DNA from: Octopus sinensis | Taxonomy: Eukaryota | DNA: 64,000 nt | Direction: 5' to 3' | Assembly: GCF_006345805.1 (NCBI RefSeq) | Contig: NC_042999.1 | Coordinates: 60,326,001-60,390,000, forward strand | Shown: one piece after another, positions 24,951 through 37,792 of the stretch | How the letters are laid out: every line of letters begins with the position of its first letter | Position numbering within the stretch: position 1 is the stretch's first letter | Position numbers and translations under genes: made by a program | Notes under the pieces: generated by a model | What the model was told of the DNA's origin: nothing | The model's database searches: none | What the model saw: the letters and a program-made list of their open reading frames with translations, nothing else

Positions 24951-25411
24951 GAAAACAAGTAAGTTTTGCATAATTACCTAATAAATTGATTGTTCAAAGA
25001 AAGAAGAGTGTAGAGGATATGTGATTCGATTCGAACAGAAGGCAAATTAAGAGGCTTTGTATCTCGGGAAGAGCAGAAACGGAGAAGGTACATTTTTTTA
25101 GAGAAACGTGTAAAAGCAGCCAGCAATGAAGATGCACATTGGGCAAATGTTACTAACCTACGGTTCTTATATTTGTCATTCTCCTATTATCGCACGAAAA
25201 ATCTAATCCAAATCATAGTGTAACCAGCTGTGGCGTATTCAGTACTGCTTCAAAACGACCACTATATATTTCAGAGTAAGCGATAGAATCTTTTGCCGTT
25301 ATGATATATAAATGTATTACTGAGTAAGCTTAATATTTAAGGTCTGTCATGTTTATTGAATATGAAACACTTATCGAGCTTCGATCATGAATGACCATTA
25401 GATTACACCTA

Positions 25412-25707
25412 GAAGGTTACCCTCCGAGGCACAAGTCCGAGCAAGGTTGTTTATGGAAGACCAGCAGTCGCCCATGCATACCGGCTTCCCCTCTCTACAC
25501 CATCAGCGTTATCCAAGGGAAAGGCAAAGAGACCGATACAGCTTGGCACCAGTGACGTCGCAACTCATTTCCACAGCTGAGTGAACTGAAGCAACGTGAA
25601 ATAAAGTGTCTGGCTCAAGAACACAACACACAGCCCACTCCGGGAATCAAACTCACAACCTCATGATTGTGCGCTTGACGCTTTACTCACTGAGATATAA
25701 GCCTTCA
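25412..25707 (-). mobile_element. tRNA-headed SINE (family E)
   Basis: ccctccgaggcacaagtccgagcaaggttgtttatggaagaccagcagtcgcccatgcatacc...cagctgagtgaact..gcaacgtgaaataaagtgtc..ctcaagaacacaac..gggaatcaaactcacaacc; head related to 58035-58200. Confidence 0.72.
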
Positions 25708-26156
25708 TAAACGAAACAACCCGTCCCTGGGTGGGATAGAAAATACACCCTTACAATCATGATACTCAATGATGGTGTCGATAATCAACACCGACAATAA
25801 CTATCTTTGCTTATCCAGTTTCGGCGATATATACCTGACGGAGTACGGTTTAATGTGGGCTATGTATACAGGCATACATACTTGCGCAAAAAATAATTGA
25901 GGGAACATAAACCAGAAAGGGAGGCAGAGGGTAGGAAGGAGAGATAAAGAGATAAATATATCATAGATAGAGAGCATTGTGAGGCTATGGGGTTTGAATC
26001 GGGTGGAGACACTTGTTGAACTGCTTAGTATCAGGTCCATTAATTCTAAAAACGGAAGAGAGTATTCCAATCTTAATTCATTCACACTTGCCTGACAATT
26101 CTTATCTAAGCATAATTGTCTATCAATATACTATACAGAAAAATATCACTTCGAAC

Positions 26157-27887
26157 ATATGTTGTTCAGTATGGTTTTGAATTCCAGACGTTTTTCATAA
26201 GGTTCTTTCCATATGATGAAACAATCATCCAAATACCTTTTCCAGTTTTCCATTAGGTAGGTGTGGAAAATATGTCCAAATTTCTGGCGTGATATCTCAT
26301 AGAGTGATAGTTCGAAGAAACCCTCATCATATGGAAAAAAACTTATGAAAAACTTCTGGAATTCAAAACCATACTGAACAACATATATCCCAACATCCAA
26401 TTCACTATGGAATTAAGCAAACATCATCTCCTTTTCCTTGATCTCCTAATTATAAAAACACCTAAGAACCAAATCATAACAGACATCTACCACAAACCTA
26501 CAGACTCACAACAATATCTCCTCTTTAGTTCATGCCACCCAAAACACACCAAGACAAATATCACTTTCAACTTAGCTAAAAGGGTATGCACTCAGTCTAC
26601 TGTCAACAGACCCAAAAATGAAAAACATTATAAATACACACAAAATCCTCAAATGTAAAAGGCAACACAAATCTTTAAAAAACTCTTGACAAATGCCAAA
26701 CTTCACACACCACATCCACCCCCAGCAGTTAAAAAATGTGCACGCCCAAACTGTGGCACCTGCCCCTTCCTACTTGAAGGCTCTGAATTTATCTTCAAAC
26801 AAGGAACGAAGTTTAAAATCAAGACCAACTTCTGTTCTCACATGCGCTGGTTGCCAACATAATTATGTTGGACAAACGAGCCTCCCGCTCCGTAAAAGAG
26901 TAGCGGTGCATAAAGAACAAATAAATCTCCCGGAATACCGGCAATTCCCACTGAGTGACCACATAGCTTCATGCGCTAAAGACAAAAATCCCAAATTCTA
27001 CATATTCCCCTTCTACCAATGTAAAGACAGAATTACCACACAGGAGAGAATTAACAAGGAGAATCTCTTTATTGAAAAATTCAAAACGCATCTTAATATG
27101 CAAACTCCTCGTTGATCATACTTCTTTTTTCTACCTCATTCTTCATGGATGGACTAACACAAATATATAAGGATACCATGCAGTCATCACCTTAAGCTAA
27201 AAGTTATATTCTTTAAATATCACTATTATTATTGTTGTTATTATTATTATTATTTTTATTATATATGACATAACAATCTGAAATGTAATTATAAATTGGT
27301 TTATGCAAATTTATATAATTAGAAAACAATATAAATAAAGTGTTAAAATATGAATGTTAAGTTAGCAAACAATTATATAAAAAAGATAATGCAAATGAAG
27401 CTAAAATGATAATTTTATAATTTAAGGTTTATTAACACACTTTATTACAAAAAATTGATAAACACAAATTGAAGAGCTTAAAACCCATAGAGTTGTCTCC
27501 TCTTATTCACAACACAGGAACTGGACTACTACTACTTCCTGTTTTGCCATGCACTTAAGAGACACCCTTAATTAAATTAAACAACAATCATTAAACTCAA
27601 GATACACAAAGACTTTACAATGTATCGGAGTACTTTTTAAAAAATTTTGTATATATTTATTTTTATTTTTTTGTAAAAAACAATGTAATTTTCTTTTTTC
27701 TCCCTCTTCACATTTAAAAAAATGTCTTTTCTTTAGAATTCTTGAAAAGTCACATTATGACGAAAACCGGTTTGAATTAATATATATTTATATATTTGAT
27801 CAATTCTTCAAAAACTTTTTCCATTCACCCATTTTCATTAAAATTTTCTTTCAATTAAGCATTCTGCCTTTTTACAATTTTTCCTTG

Positions 27888-27888
<1 letters not shown>
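26157..27888 (+). mobile_element. Penelope-like retroelement PLE-2 (Neptune-like CxxxxCxxC linker), 5'-truncated with inverted 5' segment and internal deletion
   Basis: Minus 26157-26320 WKRYLDDCFIIW; plus 26324 onward IIWK..LEFKTILNNIYPNIQFTME..FLDL..DIYHKPTDSQQYL..SCHPKH; KCARPNCGTCPF; CAGCQHNYVGQT..LRKRVAVH..KENLFIEKF..LN* at 27115; 3' UTR ends at (TA)n. Confidence 0.9.
27737..27778 (+). ncRNA. Minimal type-I hammerhead ribozyme (U3-A8 covariant) in PLE-2 3' UTR
   Basis: aattc-TTGAAAA-gtca(catta)tgac-GAAA-accggt-TT-gaatt; palindromic helix III aaccggtt; cleavage predicted after 27773. Confidence 0.68.
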
Positions 27889-27921
<33 letters not shown>

Positions 27922-27923
<2 letters not shown>

Positions 27924-28138
27924 CGGGAAGGTTTACGAAAATAAACAAAAGACGAAGGCGGGTGGAGTACAAAAAAACAATTGTATTAGTATGGCGCTCA
28001 GGAATAGAAATAAAACAAGTCTTTTACGTTTCAAGCCTACGCTCTTCGACAGAAAGATACACAGAAAAGAAACAAGGAGAGAAAAAAATGCGTGCAGGAG
28101 CTAACGATTCAACATGGCGTTCTGATTTCAGCCATACA
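27922..28138 (-). mobile_element. Short hammerhead-bearing repeat (probable PLE pLTR or 3' end), copy 1
   Basis: Homologous to 34904-35101; bounded by (TA)n on both sides. Confidence 0.7.
28020..28057 (-). ncRNA. Hammerhead-like motif with CUGUNGA-A core
   Basis: tcttt-CTGTCGA-a-gagc(gtag)gctt-GAAA-cg-TA-aaaga. Confidence 0.55.
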
Positions 28139-28159
28139 TATATATATATATTATATATA

Positions 28160-28218
<59 letters not shown>

Positions 28219-28224
28219 TATATT

Positions 28225-28387
28225 CGACGGGCTTCTTTCAGTTTCCGTCTACCAAATCCACTCAGAAAGATTTGGTCGGCCCGAGGCTATAATAAAAGTC
28301 ACTTGCCCAAGGTGCCACGCAGTGGGACTGAACCCGGAACCATGTGGGTGGTAAGCAAGGTACTTACCACACCGCCACTCCTACGCC
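28225..28387 (-). mobile_element. SINE family A 5' half
   Basis: cgacgggcttctttcagtttccgtctaccaaatcc...cttaccacaccgccactcctacgcc. Confidence 0.85.
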
Positions 28388-29593
28388 TATATATATATTA
28401 TATTAAATTAGAGATAAAACCACTATTAGGCAAATCAAACAATGAAAAACATAAGCCAATACATAAAATTAATTTAATTTATATTATTTTAAATATATAT
28501 CAAAAGTATTAAAATTTTAATAAAAGATAAAGAGTAAAACACTATGATCGTTTCATGGCTGTACAATTCGAATAACAATAATTTAAATTCAATTAATAAT
28601 TCGAGTTATGGTTACAGTCAATCTTCAGGTTAATTGAAATATCTAAAAAATAATCAGAAATATTTAAACAATATTTTAATGATATAAATAATATAATAAT
28701 TTTACTTATAATAAACTCTATTATCAAACTAGAAACATAAAATTTAACAATTATGATTATATCAAAATCGACTATAATGTTAAATATTAATTTTAATTTA
28801 TAAGGTAGGAAACCCACCAATAATCTAATATCGGTATTAATCTATATCTAATTACATAAATATTTCAAAATGACTATTATATATAAAAATTATCAATGAA
28901 AATATATAAATGTATATAAATATTATAATTAAGATCTGAAATAATCTCGATAAATAAATATATATGCACATATAATAAAAACCTAATAAATTAATTTTTC
29001 ATATTTAAAGACGAAATAGCTAATTTCAAAATACAAATAAACAAACTTAAACGAACTTTCGGAAATCTTATGTAAAATACTTATAGAAATAATCAATTCG
29101 TAGTAATATAGTATCGAATAAATACTATAAATATAATTATCAATGGGAATAACTAGCGAATATCAATTTAAAGAAATAACTAAGTTATGCTATTAAATTA
29201 GACATGGCCTGGACCAATCTTTAGTCGAAACATATCTAAGTTTATCAAAGTTTATCTAATTTAATTATAAGAAATTTAAAACTACAATTAATACTATTAA
29301 AACATGTATATACAAAAGCCTAACTTTATACACCTCGTATGCTTGCTATCAAACAACAAATCTATCGCTAAGTAGTATCTTACGAATAAACTTAAATTTA
29401 ATATCTAATAATATAGAAAATTACGATAATTAGATCATTACATAAACAACGATATTTACATAAGGAAATATTATTACACCAAAGACTTATACAATATTAA
29501 AATTTACAATTTGAAGATCTTAAATATAAATAAATACTTATCTTAGCGAGGTTTAGTAATGAACTAAAATTTTGAATCGGAAAACGTCTTTAC

Positions 29594-29676
<83 letters not shown>

Positions 29677-29749
29677 GTGTGTGTGTGTGTGTGTGGTGTG
29701 TGTGTGTGTGTGTGTGTGTGCGTGTGTGTGTGTGGTGTGTGTGAGTGTT

Positions 29750-30846
29750 ACGCGCACATTTATTTTATCCTTTCCACTTCTACTCATCTCAGCGTTCCTT
29801 TTTATACTTATTTTCTCTGGAGAGATCTATACAACAAAGACCGCCTACTTTATTATCTCATTATAATTACACGCATATAATAACACAATTTATCTATCTA
29901 TCTATTATTCTGCCCAAATCTTTGTAACATACTTGTTATGTACATTCATCCTTGTGAATATATCTGTCTCGATTTGTCAGTTTCACCTATATTTGCTTCC
30001 ATATCTTGTCAATCCTCTCAAGTTATAAACCTAAATAAATCTTTCTAGACACATTTTTTTATACATGTGTTTTTAAATTACTGGCAATCTTTCCTCTATG
30101 TAGTCGCTCAAATACGTCAGAGTCTTTTCCCCATATCATTACATCATGTTAATGTCTCTTCACAAAACCTAGCGCCCACCATAGCTACCAGTATTATCTC
30201 TGAACATAAACACCTGTACACATGTTTTCTAATTATTTTTGCTAAATCTTTTTCTTAATCATAAATAGTATTTTCTAATTTTCTTAGTTTACATAAACGT
30301 TTTCCGATTTATTTATTCACGTTATTAATTCCATTATGAAATACCATCACTTATTCTTCTTATTTTTAATTTTGTTTATTTAATTCTTCATTCACACCTC
30401 CGCATCTTTACTTATCTATGTCAAAACACGCACACACTTCCACACACTTCTTCCAAAACGAATTCCCACGAATAATATTTTCGATTCTTCATCAAACATT
30501 TATACATGCATGTACCTAATTTTTTCTAATTATTTTTTCCTTTCATGAAAGCTCTTTATTTAAAATTATACATTTAGTGTAGAGACTCGTATTTTTCATT
30601 TTTCTTTACAGTGTTTTGTTCTTCATTCATTTATGTTCCTATTCATACCTTCATTTACCTGTAATCTTAGTAAAACTCTCTCAGGCAGTTTCGCATTGAA
30701 AACTGTTCTATTTTAAATTTCCTGTTATCCTTTTGTTCGCATATTAATACATTAATACATTTAATTATTCACGTATTTTTCCATTTTCGCCCGATTCCCT
30801 AAATCTCTAATTTTTGCATACGACAGTAGTATCAACTCCAATAGCC

Positions 30847-30945
<99 letters not shown>

Positions 30946-32300
30946 ATATTGACACACATTAAATATTTTTCCGTCTATTATTCGGTACAACCCATTTGTC
31001 GATTTGTCTTTCTGTAAGCCCAATTCTGCCTGTTGTTTTAACTTATCTATTCATAGCCTATAGTCTTTGAGAGGCGGTTGGATGGAACTTACACTCACCT
31101 TCTTATGAGAGCTCAAAATCTCTCGTAGAAGCGTCATCCAACCAAATTACCACCTGTATCATCTCTTGTGAAAGGTAGAAGAGTCCAGTTTGCTGGACAT
31201 TGTTGTAGAGCTGGAAACGAGGTAATTTCTCCTCTTCTCCTCTGGAAGCCATCTGCTCGCGATACCACTCTCCTACCCTGATGTAATCTCCAGGGATACA
31301 GGCATCCAGCAACAAGACCTCCGTAATGCTATGATGGACTGTGAAGTCTGGCGTAACGTAGTAAATTCCATTGTCTCGACCACGGTCGAACAATGATGAT
31401 GATTCATAACCCAGTTATTTACTACTCACGAATATTTACTACCTCACTCAAACAAACCTACCGTTCTATTAATTCACGAAATAAGTTTCTTTCCTTGCCA
31501 ACTCATGAAACACTATTTATCTGCTACTGATTCCAATATCATTACAGAAGAAAAATATCGGCAACATTTTTATATGGTCTCGTTTTTTTCCTATAATTTT
31601 CTCCCACTCATGAGTTTATATACTAGCATTGATTTCTTAATTTCATTCTTCAGTTGATTTTTTCACTTATCCAGATATTTACCAATAAAATAGTAAAACA
31701 CTCACTCATTTCGCCCTAAAATGTTCGTCTATTTATTCATTAACTCGCATGTTAAAGTACTCACATAATATCCATCTCTAGCCTTTTACCGCTGAAATCC
31801 CGAAACCTATATCCATAGGAACTCATATATTTTCATGCCTCCATTTACATCTCAATTCATTACTTCAGTCTTTTAAGTTTTTAATTGATTTATGGAAGAA
31901 TTCACGTTCGGATTAATTCATTTATTAATCATTTTCCCTTCTGCTCATACCTCAGTCAGTTCACATATGTTCTCACATATATCACATATTACAACACAAA
32001 AAAACATTCTTTTGTCCTAGTAACTGCAATACTTCTCAGGCTGCATTTCTTCTCTCCATAAGTCGCCACATGAAGTTTGGCTGACATGCATAGCAATGCA
32101 AACTTCTATTTCAGCAACGTATACAACTCACTACAATTCCTGATGTATATTAAATATGGAAATCTTTCAATCGGTTAGTGACACCTCTCAGATATAATCA
32201 ACTGTATTCTTATAATAAAATCACCACAAAACTTATTTCGTAAGAGTTAATCTTAACAATAGACATATCCACCAGACTCCACCCTGAAATAATTCTGTCT
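29750..32300 (-). mobile_element. Old decayed LINE ORF2 remnant, possibly L1/Tx1-like
   Basis: Purine-rich minus strand; IYEFLW (~31835) and RFCEETL..TYLSDYIEERL..KIWKQ (~30170-29990) resemble post-RT and C-terminal CCHC regions; boundaries approximate. Confidence 0.28.
31066..31403 (+). mobile_element. RTE-clade LINE 3' end
   Basis: ERRLDGTYTHLLMRAQNLS*KRHPT..VKGRRVQFAGHCCR..LLWKPS..YPDVISRDTG..AMMDCEVWR..VSTTVEQ* followed by a (tga)n tail. Confidence 0.85.
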
Positions 32301-32531
32301 TATCGTTCCACATACGCAAACATAGGAATACAAAAATCATTATAGATGTGTGTGTGTGTGTATACATATATACATATACACAGACACACACACATGAACA
32401 CCACACTCATACATATATACATGTTTTTTTGAGTATGTATTTATATATATTTATATATATATATATATATATATGAGTATACATACATACATACACATAT
32501 ATATGCATATATGTATATACATATATATATA

Positions 32532-32591
<60 letters not shown>

Positions 32592-32699
32592 TGTATGTAT
32601 ACACATATGGTGGGGGTGCTTTTATAATTAGATTTTATATGTGAGAAATGCTTTGGAACGAAGCCAGTTTTTAGATATTATTACGTAAATGCTGTTTCT

Positions 32700-33250
32700 A
32701 ACACATAAAGTTACATAAAACATTCCGTAAATTCTTCAAAGGAAGATATTTAGATTAGCGCACCTATAGATTTCTGTATACTTATAGAATTTGATTCGCC
32801 GTTTCAATGAAATATATACCCGAGGCATCTTTCCTGGTATTCTTCTTTTCATCCTTTATTGCTTTTCCATATACTCTCGTTGCTTAATCTCCACCTCTAT
32901 ATCTCCTCCAAATTGCAGGTGGCGAATCGAAAGGGAAACAATGCACTTATTTTACGCTAGATTCTCTTGCTGTGCTGCCATATCTATTGAGAAGCTGGTA
33001 ATCTTTGTTATTAAGAGAAACGCAACTAATTGGATAATTGTTCTTTCCACATAGAAGCACGTTAATGTGAAGGATAATTATCTCTATAGGAATATTCTGG
33101 AACCGATCTTTTAAAAGAAACAGCTCCAAGCAAAAATATTCAACAGCTAGTGAAGAGATATTAAAATCGAAACTACAATGCAATTAATTATTGCAACCTA
33201 AGTATTTACGTTAGGGCTGCAGGTGATAAGTTTGAACAATAATTTTAAAT
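32700..33250 (-). pseudogene. LRR plus LRR-CT-like remnant
   Basis: Track ORF 32947-33183 contains LELFLLKDRFQNIPIEII (LRR-like) and CGKNNYPISCVSLNNKDY (LRR-CT-like). Confidence 0.3.
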
Positions 33251-33338
33251 ATGCTCTGGTTGTTAGTTAAATTCACCCATAATATCGTAAGGTGAGTAAA
33301 AACTAGATTACAAGCTTTTATGAGGCAAATGAAATCGA

Positions 33339-33370
<32 letters not shown>

Positions 33371-33429
33371 CTGTCAGTTTGCCTGCCTGTCTGACTGTCT
33401 GTCTGTGTCAGTCACTCTATGGTACGCCT

Positions 33430-33464
<35 letters not shown>

Positions 33465-33568
33465 CTCTCTCCATGTTTCTGCCTATGTGTCTTCCTGTTT
33501 GTCTCTCTACCTGTCCGTCGCTCTGTCCGTCTGTCTATCCGTCTGTCTGTACATCGGTCCGTCTATCC

Positions 33569-33655
<87 letters not shown>

Positions 33656-33771
33656 CACTTGTCAATCTATTTGTTTGTATGCCTGTCTGTCTCTCCATCC
33701 CTCTCTCTCTCACTCACTATATATATATATGTATAAATAAATAAATAAATATATATATATATGTATGTATT

Positions 33772-33817
<46 letters not shown>

Positions 33818-34152
33818 CATACATAATCAATAAGACACCTCTGATTTCGTGTGCAAATGTAGCATCCAACAAGGAAATCACTCTCAGGAACATTAAAAGA
33901 AAAAAATAATAATTTTTTACACATAATTTTCTGTTGTGAATATAAGGTGTAAGAAGCGTCTGGTAGTTTAATGCGTAAATTTCTTGAAGTGTGAAAAATA
34001 TTTAATTTAATTTCAAATATACATTCGAGAAATTTTCTTTTTTTCCGTATGTTAGGCAGATACATAATCAAGATGAAGAGAAAATTGCACGCCTATGTCG
34101 TGCTTAGTGGCTTTTGTAGTTGATGATGATGATGATAATGATAATGATAATG

Positions 34153-34205
<53 letters not shown>

Positions 34206-34631
34206 TTATATAATGTGTAAAGAAAATAATGTATATGAAGTATAGTACATTAATAATATATATAAATGAAAATAAAAAATATATAAATAAATTTACATAT
34301 TTACAGGCGCACGCAGGCACGCACATACACACAAACAACAACATACATATGTACGTACAGTCGCACATATACACATATATATACAGTAAGCATGACGTAT
34401 CGACGTATATATCAATTTAAAGGCATAGAAATAATGAAGTAATTATAAAGAAATTGATTAAAGAGTCAAAATTATAATGGTATTGAATCAATATGAAGAT
34501 TGAGTAAAACATGGAAAGTTTCAGGAAAATATGTTTTGTTTGCTATGCAACACTCATAGATTTAGATAATATTCTAGCAATATATAAACATATATATATA
34601 TAATATATATTAATATATATATATAATATAT

Positions 34632-34713
<82 letters not shown>

Positions 34714-34903
34714 TGTGTGTGTGTGTGTATACAGATAACAAAAGAAATGGAGTATATTCAACCACGGCTTACGATTTAAATCACCATCTACTGTTAACCT
34801 TATAGCAAGGCCTTTATATATTAAGTAATACACCAGTAGTACCTACGAATACATTCATCCCTTAGACGATTTCATAACCTCTAACTCAAAATTTATATAT
34901 ATA

Positions 34904-35101
34904 TATATATATAGGGAGAGTTCACGAAAAAAACAAAAGACGAAGACAGATGGTGTATAAAACAAACAGTTGTATTAGTATATCGCTCAAGAATTGAAAA
35001 AGTCTTTTACGTTTCGAGCCTACGCTCTTCTACAGAAAGAGACACAGAAAAAAAAAAACAAGTAGCGAAAAAATATGTGTGTAGTGGCTACCGATCTATC
35101 A
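34904..35101 (-). mobile_element. Short hammerhead-bearing repeat, copy 2
   Basis: Homologous to 27922-28138 (aaacaaaagacgaag..tgtattagta..cgctca..gtcttttacgtttc.agcctacgctcttc..cagaaaga); abuts (TA)n. Confidence 0.7.
35003..35040 (-). ncRNA. Hammerhead-like motif with CUGUNGA-A core
   Basis: tcttt-CTGTAGA-a-gagc(gtag)gctc-GAAA-cg-TA-aaaga. Confidence 0.58.
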
Positions 35102-36479
35102 TACACATAATGTGTGTTTGCGAGATGGATCGGATTATGTTTGTTTTGGGTACCGAAATGGAGAATATCGTAGCAGCAATGTGACGCGTATGAACAGTGT
35201 TGACGTGTTGAGAATCCCACAGAACGTCCACAGATGCACAGCCTCCTGAGGAAATAAACAATTATAATATTGTCATAAAAGTAAGTCATAGCTAATCATA
35301 CAACGTGAAACATCTCATATGTCATACTTGTACACAATTCTAAGTCGTATTAGTTACGTATATATTTAAATCTCTAGAGATATTTCACTCTATAATATAC
35401 ATTTAAGAAACAATCCCGCACAGTATTGTACATTAATACTCAATCTAACCACCCCAAAATGTTATTCTGCATATTTCAATATGCATATTGAAGCTTACTG
35501 CTGTAATAGCTTCTCACAAAACATTTTCAATATGGTTGCAGATTACTATGTAGTGGCACCACCTTGTAGGTCATACAAAGAAAGAATAAATACTCACGTA
35601 CACTATTACCCAAATCTAAAACAGGAAACATTTGTAAGCTATAACCAATCATATAAATTGAATATATAAAGATATCGCGTGATCTTTCGTCTCTTTAATC
35701 AGAAAGCCTTATTCGAGCTCCCATAGATACTGCAAGTTGTTCAACTAACTCAGTTTTAAGCCAAGTCTTAGCTATATGAGAACATATATGATAGTACAAA
35801 CAAAGACAAAACAAAACAAAACAAAAAAACAAAACAAAACGCAATACAAAAGCACAAGTAGAGAATTGCGAAATCGGTGGGATTGATTAATCAATATAAT
35901 CATTCCTAGAAATTGAGTGCTACTTATTTCATCGACTCCAGAACGAATGGGAGTAACGTTTTATACTGCCAGGATTTTAACTCAAAATGCGTAGGGGTGA
36001 AAAATACTGCTAGGCATTTTGTGACACTCTCTAATGCTTTGGTTACTACCTGCTTTAACAATCCACAGAATGTTGTATTCAAAAACAATTTGACGTTAGC
36101 CGACTTACAAATCTCAGAAATCAGGAGCTCTTTGCGAAAAAATACATTTGCTTTGTACACTGGGACCAGGTTGCCACAAACAACACGTCAGTAAACTATA
36201 TAGGGCTTATATAGTACTCCTTCGGAATTCGACTGCATGAGCAGATATTCACTCGTTCCGTCAAAGTGACATGGGAAATAAATGCAGTGCATTTGAAACA
36301 GATTTGAAAATCAAGAAACAAAGAAGGGTCCATTAATATCTGACAAGGAGCATGAAATATAAGACAAAGATCAGATAAGCACCGCTCTCCGTCTCTGTCT
36401 GTCTCTCTCTCACGCTATTTATATATATATGTATACATCCATCCATCCATCCATATATATATATATATATATATATGTA

Positions 36480-36669
36480 AAATTATAAATTAAGATATCT
36501 ACGAGATACCACCATGGTGAAAATAGCAGCCATGATCTGAATTTAAAACCACCTAAATTGTCCATATATGGAAAATTTGATATACGGACAATTTAGGTGG
36601 TTTTAAAGTCAGATCATGACTGCTGCTTTCAGCATGGTGGTATCTCGTAGATACCCTAATTTATAATTT
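36480..36669. repeat. Foldback / palindromic MITE-like inverted repeat
   Basis: 84-bp arms 36480-36563 and 36586-36669 with about 7 mismatches; 22-nt spacer. Confidence 0.92.
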
Positions 36670-36776
36670 TAATAATTATTACCTTTGAAGATTATTTTTT
36701 CCATGCTTACAACTTGATAAAATCGTTATTTTATTTTTAAATTAACGATCTTACCCTTATTTATATATATATATAT

Positions 36777-37569
36777 AAGGATAGCTGTGTGAAAAAGTGC
36801 CACACCCTAGCGGCTGAGGGAACCTGTGGAAGAGGTAGACCCAGGAAAACCTGGGATGAAGTGGTGAAGCACGACCTTCGAAAATTTGGCCTCACCCAAG
36901 AAATGACTAGCGACCGAGAGTTTTGGAAATATGCTATGCTTGAGAAGACCCGGCAAGCCAAATGAGACCATAACTTGTGGCCTATGCCAGAACGTAACCA
37001 GCCCGCTTATGCGTACCTTTTCCATCTTTGGACACCAAACTCTGCTTGCGAAGACCTGTTGAGGCAAGTGAAATCAAAATCAAAATCAAATTTGATGACT
37101 GGCATCCGTGCTAGCAGAGTGCAAAGAGCACCATACGAGTGTGATCGTTGACAGAGCGGCTAACCGGCTTCCGTGCCAGTGGCAGATTAAAGGCACCATT
37201 CGAGTGTGATCGTTACCAGCGTCACCTTACTGGCACGTGTGCCCGTGCTAGCAGGGTGCCAAGAGCACCATCCAAGCGTGATCGTTGCCAGAGCAGCCAA
37301 CTGGCTTCTGTGCCAGTGGCACGTAAAAAGGCACCATTCGAGCATGATCGTTACCAACGTTGCCTTACTGGTACCTGTGCCGGTGGGGCGTAAAAAGCAC
37401 CCACTACACTCTAGGAGTGGTTGGCGTTAGGAAGGGCATCCAGCTGTAGAAACTCCGCCAGATCAAGATTGGAGCCTGGTGCAGCCATCTGGTTCGCCAG
37501 CCCTCAGTCAAAATCGTCCAACCCATGCTAGCATGGAAAGCGGATGTTAACGATGATGATGATGATGAT
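36777..37569 (+). mobile_element. RTE-clade LINE 3' end with long 3' UTR and (gat)n tail
   Basis: DSCVKKCHTLAAEGTCGRGRPRKTWDEVVKHDLRKFGLTQEMTSDREFWKYAMLEKTRQAK*; ggagtggttggcgttaggaagggcatccagctgtagaaac; (gat)n. Confidence 0.9.
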
Positions 37570-37572
37570 ATA

Positions 37573-37620
<48 letters not shown>

Positions 37621-37630
37621 TATATAGACA

Positions 37631-37661
<31 letters not shown>

Positions 37662-37696
37662 GTGTATGATTGCATGTATGTATATATAGACATATA

Positions 37697-37734
<38 letters not shown>

Positions 37735-37753
37735 TATATATACATACATAAAT

Positions 37754-37792
<39 letters not shown>

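Noticed and set aside
28390-29570. Possible mitochondrial insertion (NUMT)
   Set aside because: AT content fits, but no mitochondrial protein, rRNA or tRNA motif is recognisable
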